From NCBI GenBank assembly GCA_963701295.1, contig OY969585.1, positions 2,016,001 through 2,080,000 of the forward strand: a stretch of 64,000 nucleotides of DNA, read 5' to 3'. Within the stretch, counting starts at the first letter, position 1. Each line of letters starts with the position of its first letter. Origin of the DNA: Ignavibacteriota bacterium. Its GTDB lineage: Bacteria > Bacteroidota > Ignavibacteria > UBA10030. A program made the position numbers and the translations under genes. The notes beneath the pieces were generated by a model. That model did no database searches. It worked only from the letters and a program-made list of their open reading frames with translations, and was not told the DNA's origin. Shown here one piece after another: positions 20,804 to 31,319 of this stretch.

Positions 20804-21367
20804 ATGTCATTTCTTGAAGTTTTTTTCATTGCACTCGGTTTAGCTTCGGATGCATTTGCGATTTCTATTAGTGCAGGATCAACTGGTGTGACGACAGAAC
20901 CGCGGGCTATGTTACGGTTATCTTTCCATTTTGGACTTTTTCAATTTTTAATGCCCATCTTTGGCTGGCTTGCAGGTTTAAGCATCGAACACTATATCCA
21001 AATGTTCGATCACTGGATTGCGTTCGGACTGCTTCTGTGGGTTGCTGTGCACATGATTCGATCTGCCCAAGCTGGTAACGAACGTGCCGTCCAACAAGAT
21101 CCCAGCCGGGGAATGATGCTGGTTATTCTCTCTGTTGCGACAAGTTTGGATGCGTTAGCGATTGGATTGAGTTTGACGTTATCGCAAGTATCTATTTGGT
21201 ATCCTGCTGTTGTTATTGGTATCGTTACAGGCGTTGTATCATTTGTCGGTATTTTGCTTGGTCGGCGGTTTTCCAAGAAAGTTGGAAAGTGGGCGGCTGT
21301 AGTAGGAGGTGTTTTACTTGTTCTTATAGCTGTTAGGATCCTTTTGGTTCACATTCTTCCTCTATAA
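20804..21367 (+). CDS. mntP: Manganese efflux pump MntP
   Basis: ALGLASDAFAISI, FGLFQFLMP, DHWIAF, VATSLDALAIG. Confidence 0.92.
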   Translation: MSFLEVFFIALGLASDAFAISISAGSTGVTTEPRAMLRLSFHFGLFQFLMPIFGWLAGLSIEHYIQMFDHWIAFGLLLWVAVHMIRSAQAGNERAVQQDPSRGMMLVILSVATSLDALAIGLSLTLSQVSIWYPAVVIGIVTGVVSFVGILLGRRFSKKVGKWAAVVGGVLLVLIAVRILLVHILPL

Positions 21368-21458
21368 GAGTTTCCCCAAAGGTGAACATGAGAAAATGAT
21401 TGATTGTGGCGGCATCTTTTCATAATTTATTTAAGTATGTTAAAATGTTGTTCACTGA

Positions 21459-22877
<1,419 letters not shown>

Positions 22878-22879
22878 AT

Positions 22880-23293
22880 ATGGCAGATAAAATTCTTCAG
22901 CTGGAAATCGTGACACCCCGGCGTGTTGTTTTCAAAGGTGAAGTGACAAGTTTGAGCGCTCCGGGTGTTGTAGGTGGATTTCAGGTACTTTATGATCATG
23001 CACCATTGCTCTCATCTCTGAAAATTGGCGAGGTTAAGATCAAGGAAGCAAGTGGCACTGAATTCCATTATGCCATTTCAGGTGGTTTTGTTGAAGTGCG
23101 GGACAATCATATCATTTTGCTGGCTGAAACCGCGGAACGTACTGATGAAATCGATGCAGAACGAGCGAAAGCCTCTCGTGATCGTGCTCAGAAACGTATA
23201 ACGGAGAGGAAATCGGACATCGACTTTGAGCGTGCACGGTTTGCACTCTATCGTGCGTTAAACCGTTTAAAGATTGCAGGCGTGAATTTATAG
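22880..23293 (+). CDS. atpC: F0F1 ATP synthase subunit epsilon
   Basis: LEIVTP, GGFQVLYDHAP, SGGFVEV; follows atpD. Confidence 0.96.
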   Translation: MADKILQLEIVTPRRVVFKGEVTSLSAPGVVGGFQVLYDHAPLLSSLKIGEVKIKEASGTEFHYAISGGFVEVRDNHIILLAETAERTDEIDAERAKASRDRAQKRITERKSDIDFERARFALYRALNRLKIAGVNL

Positions 23294-23343
23294 GGAAGCC
23301 CACTGTATATCTTCAGTGTGTTTTACGTTTCTGGAGGTATTCA

Positions 23344-23372
23344 TTGACAATCAAGGCACGAAGGGTTATATT
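23344..23372 (+). promoter_or_regulatory. Putative sigma70 promoter
   Basis: TTGACA, 17 bp, TATATT. Confidence 0.55.
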
Positions 23373-23425
23373 CATCCCAGTCGTTTTCTCATAAAGTCAT
23401 TCATCATTTGAAACAGCGTTCATAA

Positions 23426-23545
23426 GTGCAGAGAACCACTAATTCCACTATCGTAGTTATTGACCTCGGTGCGATCGCTTTTTACCTTCGCGATATTTGC
23501 AAACACGTTGGACCAAAAGCAAAAATCATATTAGTGAAGTGCAGT
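23426..23545 (+). pseudogene. Alanine racemase N-terminal remnant
   Basis: STIVVIDLGAIAFYLRDICKHVGPKAKIILVK resembles the Alr start (PTxAEIDLxAIxxN...VGxxxKIMAVVK); no AYGHG motif follows. Confidence 0.5.
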
Positions 23546-23631
23546 ATGATGTACGCTTCTAGATATATATGCATCCCCTATGAAAGTTTTAGTCGAGTGC
23601 CATCTTGTGTTCCACGAATAAATAGGAATGT

Positions 23632-24513
23632 ATGAACCGCTCACAGAAATACATCTCCATTCTTCTCGAGCGTCTACCGAAATGGGAACTTCGCTCGTAC
23701 GAACACCAAACCAGTCTTGATCGGATTCGAGATCGGGTCACCTCTTCTTCGGATATTTACGCGGAACTCAATTCTCTCTATCAAGTAAAAGGTTTCGCTG
23801 AATTTGCTTTGAGCTTAATGTGGATTGCAGATAAGGTGGAAAAAGATACAACACTGGATGAATCGACGCTTGCCGAAGAAACTCTCGTGTTTGAAAAGTT
23901 ACGTTATGCATTGGGAGATATTTCTGTACCATCACAAGAATCCACTTCTATTACAGAGACAGTCGATCTTCCATCTTCACCAGGATTTGAATCGGCCCCA
24001 TCGCCTGCTCTTGAAGGAATGTCGATATCATCATCCGAATCTCTCCGTGAACTGACACCATCACCTGAGCCGGAGGCTACACCAGAAGTGTTGCTTGATT
24101 CGTGGGGGAAAGAGCCTCAAGCTCCCTCACAGACACTATCGATGGGCGATAGCACAACGATGGGAAGTGAACAGGAACGTGGTTTTTCCAACTTGCTGGA
24201 ACGCTTTTTAGAATCCGTCCAAAGTGGAAATGATGATCGGACAACATTGTTATCTGATGTTATCAATGAATGCAATACAGTGGTCAATGCTGATTCGGTG
24301 CCGGAAGATTATAAACAGTTCTGTCAATTGCTTGTGGAATTTCTCGAATATATATCGGACAATCAATATCTTGATGATATTCGTGTTATGAACATTGTTT
24401 CAAACATTCAAGATCCAGTGAACCAGTGGGCACGAAGTGATGAGAACAATCGAACCGGTTTGTTGGATCCAGCAATTGAAATTCTCCGAGATTTTAAAAC
24501 TATGTTTGAATGA
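23632..24513 (+). CDS. Hypothetical protein with a Ser/Pro/Glu-rich central linker
   Basis: 293-aa ORF, AGGAA RBS, coupled to the manC-like gene. Confidence 0.75.
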   Translation: MNRSQKYISILLERLPKWELRSYEHQTSLDRIRDRVTSSSDIYAELNSLYQVKGFAEFALSLMWIADKVEKDTTLDESTLAEETLVFEKLRYALGDISVPSQESTSITETVDLPSSPGFESAPSPALEGMSISSSESLRELTPSPEPEATPEVLLDSWGKEPQAPSQTLSMGDSTTMGSEQERGFSNLLERFLESVQSGNDDRTTLLSDVINECNTVVNADSVPEDYKQFCQLLVEFLEYISDNQYLDDIRVMNIVSNIQDPVNQWARSDENNRTGLLDPAIEILRDFKTMFE

Positions 24514-25610
24514 CGAGTATAAATCAACAAAATATTTACGCAGTAATCATGGCGGGTGGTGTTGGTTCACGGTTCTGGCCGAGAAGCCGTGAGCGGTCAC
24601 CAAAGCAAGTATTGGAAATTGTTGGTTCCGGATCGATGATCTTCAATACCGTAGCTCGTATTCAACCATTGGTTCCATCGGACAGAACGATGGTAGTAAT
24701 AAACAGGCTTCAAAAAGATATCATCCACCAGCAGGTACCTGCACTACCATCGCAGAATGTACTCGTGGAGCCGCTCGGAAGAAATACAGCGCCGTGTATC
24801 GGACTGGCAGCAAAGTGGATACATCACTACGATCCTGAAGCCATCATGGTCATTCTGCCGGCAGATCATATTATTGCCAATACGGAAGAATTTTTACATG
24901 TCGTTCAATGTGCTGCGCATGTGGCAACAGAGAATGATGCATTGGTCACGATCGGGATCAAACCAACTCATCCGGAAACAGGATATGGATACATCCAATT
25001 CGAAGATACTTCAGAACAGAATCCATATTTGGCAGATGGTATCTACCGCGTGAAAACGTTTGCCGAAAAACCAAATCTTGAGACAGCCGAAAAATTTTTA
25101 AAGAGCGGAGATTTTCTCTGGAATAGTGGAATGTTTATCTGGAAAGCTCGCGTCATTTTACAGGAAATTGAAAAACATCTTCCAGAACTTGGCGAGCAGC
25201 TGGCAAAGCTGGGACCCGTCATTGGTACCGATATATATCAATCGACATTAGAGCATGTTTATGGTGTCATTCGCAGTATCTCCATCGATTATGGAGTGAT
25301 GGAAAAAGCGTCGAAAGTTTTTGTGGCAAAGGGAGATTTTGGGTGGAGTGATGTTGGCTCATGGGATGAAGTAGTGCGTCTCACGCCGAAGGATGGAGAC
25401 GGAAACACGCTGCGCGGAACAGCGATTGTGAAAGATTCGCATCGCAATTATATCGACGCAGGCAACAGAGTTATTGCAATGATTGGTGTGGATGACATGA
25501 TCGTTGTCACGACTGATGATGCGGTTCTGATCTGTAAAAAAGGGCGTTCGCAAGACGTCAAAGAAGTTGTTGATTACCTTCGCCGCAAACAGATGAATGA
25601 ATTGCTCTAG
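24510..25610 (+). CDS. manC: Mannose-1-phosphate guanylyltransferase
   Basis: AGGVGSRFWPRSR, EPLGRNTAPC, PADH, FAEKP, WNSGMF, WSDVGSW. Confidence 0.93.
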   Translation: MTSINQQNIYAVIMAGGVGSRFWPRSRERSPKQVLEIVGSGSMIFNTVARIQPLVPSDRTMVVINRLQKDIIHQQVPALPSQNVLVEPLGRNTAPCIGLAAKWIHHYDPEAIMVILPADHIIANTEEFLHVVQCAAHVATENDALVTIGIKPTHPETGYGYIQFEDTSEQNPYLADGIYRVKTFAEKPNLETAEKFLKSGDFLWNSGMFIWKARVILQEIEKHLPELGEQLAKLGPVIGTDIYQSTLEHVYGVIRSISIDYGVMEKASKVFVAKGDFGWSDVGSWDEVVRLTPKDGDGNTLRGTAIVKDSHRNYIDAGNRVIAMIGVDDMIVVTTDDAVLICKKGRSQDVKEVVDYLRRKQMNELL

Positions 25611-26064
25611 CAGAAAGACAATATACGGAATAGTACTCATCTCACTCTTCGGTTGTTCCGCATCACCGAGGTTCGCGGAAAAAGGTGGTCATTCCAAAGA
25701 AACCAAAATACCACAATCGATAGATCAGCCCGGGAAGCATGTATCTGGAAAAGCTCTACTGACACTTGAAGGTGTTGTCTCCTACTATGCAAATGATTTT
25801 GATGGCAAGCCGACTTCAAGCGGTGAGACATATGATATGCATGCACTTACAGCTGCTCATCGCACTTTTCCATTTGGAACGAAAGTGCGTGTTACAAACT
25901 TGGACAACAATGAAACTGTTATTGTACGAGTGAATGACCGGGGACCCTTTAAAGAAGGGCGTATTATGGATCTATCGATGGGCGCAGCGAAGGAAATTGA
26001 CTTAATTCTTAATGGTACAGCTCGTGCACGGTTAGAAGTTCTTGAATGGGGGAATGGAAATTAG
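25597..26064 (+). CDS. rlpA: Septal ring lytic transglycosylase RlpA-family lipoprotein
   Basis: Lipobox FGC; TAAHRTFPFGT, VRVNDRGPF, RIMDLS. Confidence 0.92.
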   Translation: MNCSSRKTIYGIVLISLFGCSASPRFAEKGGHSKETKIPQSIDQPGKHVSGKALLTLEGVVSYYANDFDGKPTSSGETYDMHALTAAHRTFPFGTKVRVTNLDNNETVIVRVNDRGPFKEGRIMDLSMGAAKEIDLILNGTARARLEVLEWGNGN

Positions 26065-26204
26065 CTGCCTAGAATATATTTTATAATTGAAGTACGAAAT
26101 TTAAGGCATGTCATATGATTGTAAACCAAAAGGATGATTCGTCAAGCAATAAAGCCAAGCCGCACAGATTTTTTTCAGTGTGGCTTTTTCATTCATAAAA
26201 GAAC

Positions 26205-26423
26205 ATGAAACTTACGGTTAAAATAAAACCCAATTCAAGGAAAAATGAGATAAAGTGTGCTGAAGACGGAACACTTACCATTTTAGTGACAGTTCCACCT
26301 ATAGAGGGAAGGGCGAATGAAAAATTGATTGAACTTTTATCCGAATACTTTAAAAAACCGAAACGATGTATTTCTATTGTGGCAGGATTCAAAAGCAAGA
26401 ATAAAATTGTCGAAATTGAATGA
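26205..26423 (+). CDS. DUF167 (YggU) family protein
   Basis: VKIKPNS, PPIEGRAN, GFKSKNK. Confidence 0.88.
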   Translation: MKLTVKIKPNSRKNEIKCAEDGTLTILVTVPPIEGRANEKLIELLSEYFKKPKRCISIVAGFKSKNKIVEIE

Positions 26424-26609
26424 AAAACTCAAATGCAATGTGGCAAAATTGCCTTAAAAAAGCATATCAATGCAAAAAAAGTCATTCCTTCATTGATTTC
26501 TTGAAGGGAATTAGCTAAATTGCTATAGCAATGGAAGGTAGAGAAATGGAACGTATTTAGAATTTTGAGTGTTCTGAAAATAACTAATGTTGAACCATTT
26601 TGAGGTTTC

Positions 26610-27371
26610 ATGAATATTGTTGAAAAAGAGAAATGGCTGCAAAGGGGTCCTCTTTTTGGAGTGATTTTGATTATTTTCAGTTCTTTAACTATACAGGGAT
26701 GTTCTCAACAAATTACGGGGGCTTCTTTTGTTCAAAAAACCAATAGTCCAAATGATGTATTGATCGAGGGAGCATTCCCAGAGCAACCTTCGCCATTTAC
26801 ATCGATGAACATAGCAGGTCTTGACCGATACATTCCTTTAGTAAAAAAGTATGCACAAGAATATGGAATAGACTGGGTTTTGATTCTTGCAATGATGAAA
26901 CAGGAATCGAGATTTAACCATGAGGCGGTAAGTTATAAAGGTGCATATGGATTGATGCAGATTATGCCGGTAACACAAATTGAACTGGCAGAAAAATTGG
27001 GTGTAGAAGAAACAATAACTCCGCGCAATAATATCAAAGCGGGCATTTATCATCTCAAATCGCTTTATACGATGTTTGAGAATATACAAGAAGAAGACAG
27101 AACCTGTCTTTCACTTGCCGCATATAATGCAGGACTTGGACGTGTGCTCGACGCTCAGAAAATTGCTTCTTATATGGGGAATGATCCTCATCGATGGTCT
27201 TCCGTCCGAGAGGCATTTCCGTTTTTAACAAAGAAGAATTATACATTACATAGCCGTATTTGGAGTGAGGGATGTCCACCCAGCGGATATTTCCGAAATC
27301 CCAAGCAAACGTTGGAATATGTCGATAATATCATGACATCCTATGATCGATATAGTTTATCACTGAAATAG
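26610..27371 (+). CDS. SLT-domain lytic transglycosylase (MltF-like catalytic domain)
   Basis: QESRF, GAYGLMQIMP, LAAYNAG. Confidence 0.88.
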   Translation: MNIVEKEKWLQRGPLFGVILIIFSSLTIQGCSQQITGASFVQKTNSPNDVLIEGAFPEQPSPFTSMNIAGLDRYIPLVKKYAQEYGIDWVLILAMMKQESRFNHEAVSYKGAYGLMQIMPVTQIELAEKLGVEETITPRNNIKAGIYHLKSLYTMFENIQEEDRTCLSLAAYNAGLGRVLDAQKIASYMGNDPHRWSSVREAFPFLTKKNYTLHSRIWSEGCPPSGYFRNPKQTLEYVDNIMTSYDRYSLSLK

Positions 27372-27442
27372 CATAGTTTACTGCAACATCTCTTCAGTTT
27401 TTTCGAATCTATTGAATGAATAAATACTACTAGAAAAAACGC

Positions 27443-27471
27443 TTGACATTCATATATTGTAAGTATATATT
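27443..27471 (+). promoter_or_regulatory. Putative sigma70 promoter of the outer-membrane protein gene
   Basis: TTGACA, 17 bp, TATATT. Confidence 0.6.
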
Positions 27472-27577
27472 TTTATGTGTTTGTTGAATGAACACGTTCA
27501 TAATGAATAAACTACTGCTACTCAATTAACTGATTCACTCATATAACTGATACACTCACTAAACAAGGAGTTACATA

Positions 27578-28129
27578 ATGAAACGCATTCTTCTTATTTC
27601 TATACTGTTGGTTATCGCAGTGGGCTTGTCATTTAGCCAGATGGCGTATAAAAAGGGCGATCAAGTGATAAACGTCGGTATTGGTATCGGCGGACTTGCT
27701 GGCGCGTATGGTACTGGCAGTGTCGCAATTACCGGTGGTTATGAATATGGTGTTACCGAAAACATCTCGTTAGGCGGTGTGGTTGGTTATTCTTCGTCAA
27801 CAGATGATTTCGGTTTTGGTTATGGTTGGAAGTATACATATATAATAATTGGTGCACGCGGTGCATATCATGTTGATTTATTCCATAATCCCAATATCGA
27901 CACCTATGGCGGAATTTTACTGGGTTACAATATCGTTTCCTCAAAAGCAACTGGTAATTTTCCGACTCTGTATGGCTATAGCTTGGGATCATACTCAGCA
28001 TCATCGAGTTATCTCGAATACGGCATCTTTGTCGGAGGTCGTTATTATTTTAATCCCCACTGGGCAGTGCAGGCAGAGTTAGGATACGGCCTCGGTATTC
28101 TGAATGTCGGCCTTGCATACAGGTTATAA
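27578..28129 (+). CDS. Small outer-membrane beta-barrel protein
   Basis: Signal peptide, alternating G/Y beta strands, C-terminal VGLAYRL; AAGGAG RBS. Confidence 0.85.
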   Translation: MKRILLISILLVIAVGLSFSQMAYKKGDQVINVGIGIGGLAGAYGTGSVAITGGYEYGVTENISLGGVVGYSSSTDDFGFGYGWKYTYIIIGARGAYHVDLFHNPNIDTYGGILLGYNIVSSKATGNFPTLYGYSLGSYSASSSYLEYGIFVGGRYYFNPHWAVQAELGYGLGILNVGLAYRL

Positions 28130-28156
28130 TTTATAATCGTTTTTTTATAAGCAAAG

Positions 28157-28193
28157 AAAGGGAGAAAATCTAAAAGGATTTTCTCCCTTTTTT
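28157..28193 (+). terminator. Intrinsic terminator
   Basis: AAAGGGAGAAAATC-taaaag-GATTTTCTCCCTTT followed by a T run. Confidence 0.85.
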
Positions 28194-28201
28194 ATTCAGT
28201 C

Positions 28202-28251
28202 AAATTCCCGAAATCTTTCTATTTCATTTCTGGGACAGATTTCGGGAATTT
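28202..28251. repeat. 15-bp perfect inverted repeat (TCCCGA...TCGGGA type)
   Basis: AAATTCCCGAAATCT (28202-28216) and AGATTTCGGGAATTT (28237-28251). Confidence 0.8.
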
Positions 28252-28300
28252 TTTTCCTATTCTTGGAAGCCTGAATTTATTTTCGTATCTTTATAACAGA

Positions 28301-29797
28301 ATGAAAGAATTTGCACATGAAGAAGGAAAGCCGCGCTGCCATTGCGGCGTTTTCGGAGTGTTTGGTCATCCAGAAGCTTCCGTTATGTGTTACTACGGCT
28401 TACACGCGCTCCAGCATCGAGGCCAAGAGGCGGCCGGTATTGTCACAAGCGAGTGGCTTGAAGATAAGAAAAAATGGCGCTTCAATATCCAAAAAGGAGA
28501 AGGACTCGTCTCTGATGTCTTCAAGGATGCCGAGATCCTCAAAGAAAAGTTAAAGGGAAATTCGGCAATCGGGCATAACCGATATTCAACGACCGGGTCA
28601 ACGGATAACAAATCGAATATCCAGCCTTTTGTAGTCAATTATAGATCCGGTAACCTTGCGCTCGGGCACAACGGCAACCTGACAAATTATCGAACGCTGC
28701 GCCATACGCTTCAAGAAGATGGAACAATTTTCCAATCAACATCCGACAGCGAGATTATCCTGCATCTTGCTGCACGAAGCAAGCATAAGGATCAAATCCT
28801 GCAAATCAAAGAGGCGCTGGATACGGTCGATGGCGCTTTTTCGCTCGTCATTTTAACAGACCACAGCTTGATTGCTGCCCGCGATTGGCACGGATTCCGC
28901 CCGCTCGCATTGGGTAAGGTGGAGGGCGCATATGTTGTTGCCTCTGAAACTTGTGCGTTTGATATTATCGGCGCAGAGTACATCCGCGATATCGCACCGG
29001 GTGAAATTGTGGTTATCGATAACGATGCGCTGACGACAGGAAAGATACAATCCTATTGGATTACAAAGAAATCTTCGCAACCACATCACTGTATCTTTGA
29101 GTACATCTATTTTTCCCGTCCGGATAGTAAAATATTTGGTATCAATGTTGATAAAGTACGGCGCAAGTTGGGAAAGTTGCTTGCCAGTGAAAATCCGATT
29201 ATCCCCCAATCACCTGAAGATAAAGTTATTATCATCAATGTTCCGGACTCCAGCAATACATGTACCCTGGGTTATGTAACTGAAAGTAATAAACAAGGGA
29301 GGAATGTCCGGCTTGAGCTCGGTCTGATCCGCAGCCACTATGTTGGGCGTACGTTTATCCAGCCCCAGCAGAATCATCGTGAGCTTAAGGTGAAGACGAA
29401 GTTCAATACCGTGAAAGGTGTTCTCAAAGGGAAGAAAGTTGTTATCGTCGATGATTCGATCGTTCGCGGAACGACATCAAAACAATTAGTAAAACTGATT
29501 AGAGAAGCAGGACCGAAAGAAGTGCACTTCCGTGTTTCGTGCCCTCCCATTAAATTCCCATGTTACTATGGAATGGATTTCCCCAGCCGCGAGGAATTGA
29601 TCGCTAATCGTTTCAACGGTGATATCGAGGCGATCGGTAAAGAATTAGGTGTTGAGAGTCTCTCATATTTGCCGATGGAAAAACTTCTCGCTTCGGCTCC
29701 AACGGATGATGGCAGGAATTATTGTACTGCTTGTTTTGATGGTAAGTATCCTGTTCCAATTGATCCAGGGGCTGCAAAGAACGAAAACGACCAGTAA
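28301..29797 (+). CDS. purF: Amidophosphoribosyltransferase
   Basis: Propeptide then CGVFG; LQHRGQE, GHNRYST, VDDSIVRGTT. Confidence 0.97.
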   Translation: MKEFAHEEGKPRCHCGVFGVFGHPEASVMCYYGLHALQHRGQEAAGIVTSEWLEDKKKWRFNIQKGEGLVSDVFKDAEILKEKLKGNSAIGHNRYSTTGSTDNKSNIQPFVVNYRSGNLALGHNGNLTNYRTLRHTLQEDGTIFQSTSDSEIILHLAARSKHKDQILQIKEALDTVDGAFSLVILTDHSLIAARDWHGFRPLALGKVEGAYVVASETCAFDIIGAEYIRDIAPGEIVVIDNDALTTGKIQSYWITKKSSQPHHCIFEYIYFSRPDSKIFGINVDKVRRKLGKLLASENPIIPQSPEDKVIIINVPDSSNTCTLGYVTESNKQGRNVRLELGLIRSHYVGRTFIQPQQNHRELKVKTKFNTVKGVLKGKKVVIVDDSIVRGTTSKQLVKLIREAGPKEVHFRVSCPPIKFPCYYGMDFPSREELIANRFNGDIEAIGKELGVESLSYLPMEKLLASAPTDDGRNYCTACFDGKYPVPIDPGAAKNENDQ

Positions 29798-30351
29798 TGA
29801 CGTACCGTTATCTTACTGTTTCCAATTTCATCAGTGCCAGTCGAATTATTATGGTCATGCCTATGGGCTATTGCCTTTTAACGGAATTCCCTCATCATAG
29901 GCTATGGACAGCCGGTATTATCCTTGTTGCGGTTGCAACGGATTTTCTCGATGGATTTCTTGCAAGAAAATTACACCAAGTCACAGAAATAGGCAAGATC
30001 ATCGATCCATTGGCAGATAAAATTGGTATAGGAGCATACGCCATCTTACTTGCCGTGACTGGTGATGTACCTCTTTGGTTTGTTGTATTCGTGTTGTTGC
30101 GAGACCTTCTTATTTTTTCTGGTGGATTATATATCCATCGAAATAAAAAAATTGTTCCTCAATCTAATTGGCCAGGAAAAATTTCAGTAAGCTGTATTGC
30201 CGTTACTTTTTTCTTAGCAACACTGCGGATGGATGCGTTTAACCACTTCTTGACTCTTTCCCTCTGGGGAAGTGTTGTCTTGATGCTGTGGTCAACGTGG
30301 AATTATGCTCAAAGGCTCTTTATCGGCAGAAACATTGAGATAACGAAGTGA
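29797..30351 (+). CDS. CDP-alcohol phosphatidyltransferase (PgsA-like)
   Basis: TDFLDGFLARK...GKIIDPLADK. Confidence 0.9.
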   Translation: MTYRYLTVSNFISASRIIMVMPMGYCLLTEFPHHRLWTAGIILVAVATDFLDGFLARKLHQVTEIGKIIDPLADKIGIGAYAILLAVTGDVPLWFVVFVLLRDLLIFSGGLYIHRNKKIVPQSNWPGKISVSCIAVTFFLATLRMDAFNHFLTLSLWGSVVLMLWSTWNYAQRLFIGRNIEITK

Positions 30352-30355
30352 TTCT

Positions 30356-31312
30356 ATGGCGTTATTTGAAACACTCACCAAACTTAAAGCTGGACTTGCA
30401 AAGACAAGGGATTCTATCGTCAATAAGGTGCAGCAGCTTGCAGTAACAAAGAGTAAAATTGATGATGAGCTGTTGAATCAGCTAGAAGAAATCCTTATCG
30501 CAGGTGATGTCGGTGTGGAGACTGCAAACATCATTCTCACGAATCTGAAGCACCGTGTCAAAGAAAATAAATATGAATCGACAACTCAGCTTGTTTTATT
30601 GCTCAAGGAAGAAGTTGCAGCAATTCTTCATGTGAATGATGATAAGAAACCATCATTGACAACATTGCCGGTAGCTTCAAAACCGTATGTTGTGTTGGTT
30701 GTTGGTGTAAATGGTGTCGGAAAGACAACAACGATTGGAAAGATGGCGTATCAGTACCGGCAGGCAGGGCATAAGGTTGTCATCGGTGCTGGTGATACAT
30801 TCCGCGCTGCAGCAAACGAGCAGCTTGAGATCTGGGCACAGCGTGCTGGAGTGGATATCGTTCAACAGTCGCGCGGTTCAGATCCGGCAGCCGTGGCATT
30901 TGACGCGCTCACTTCTGCTCTCTCCCGGCAATCCGATGTTGTCATCATTGATACTGCAGGACGGCTTCACACGAAAACGAACCTCATGGAAGAACTTAAA
31001 AAAATTAGACGAGTGATAGACAAACGATTGCCCGGTGCACCACATGAGGTGCTGTTAGTACTTGATGCATCGACTGGGCAGAATGGGCTGCAACAAGTCA
31101 AATATTTTACTGCCGCAGTTGGTATAACCGGAATTGTGTTAACGAAACTTGATGGCACAGCAAAAGGAGGTATTGTTCTTGCCATCAGTAATGAAATGAA
31201 ATTGCCGGTAAAATTTATCGGTATTGGAGAATGTATTGATGACCTCCAGCTATTTGATCGCCGTGCATTCGTTGATGCGCTGTTTGAGGGCAGTGAGATT
31301 GTAAGCAATTAA
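30356..31312 (+). CDS. ftsY: Signal recognition particle receptor FtsY
   Basis: GVNGVGKTTT, DTFRAAA, DTAGR, TKLDGTAKGG. Confidence 0.97.
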   Translation: MALFETLTKLKAGLAKTRDSIVNKVQQLAVTKSKIDDELLNQLEEILIAGDVGVETANIILTNLKHRVKENKYESTTQLVLLLKEEVAAILHVNDDKKPSLTTLPVASKPYVVLVVGVNGVGKTTTIGKMAYQYRQAGHKVVIGAGDTFRAAANEQLEIWAQRAGVDIVQQSRGSDPAAVAFDALTSALSRQSDVVIIDTAGRLHTKTNLMEELKKIRRVIDKRLPGAPHEVLLVLDASTGQNGLQQVKYFTAAVGITGIVLTKLDGTAKGGIVLAISNEMKLPVKFIGIGECIDDLQLFDRRAFVDALFEGSEIVSN

Positions 31313-31319
31313 TTATTCC

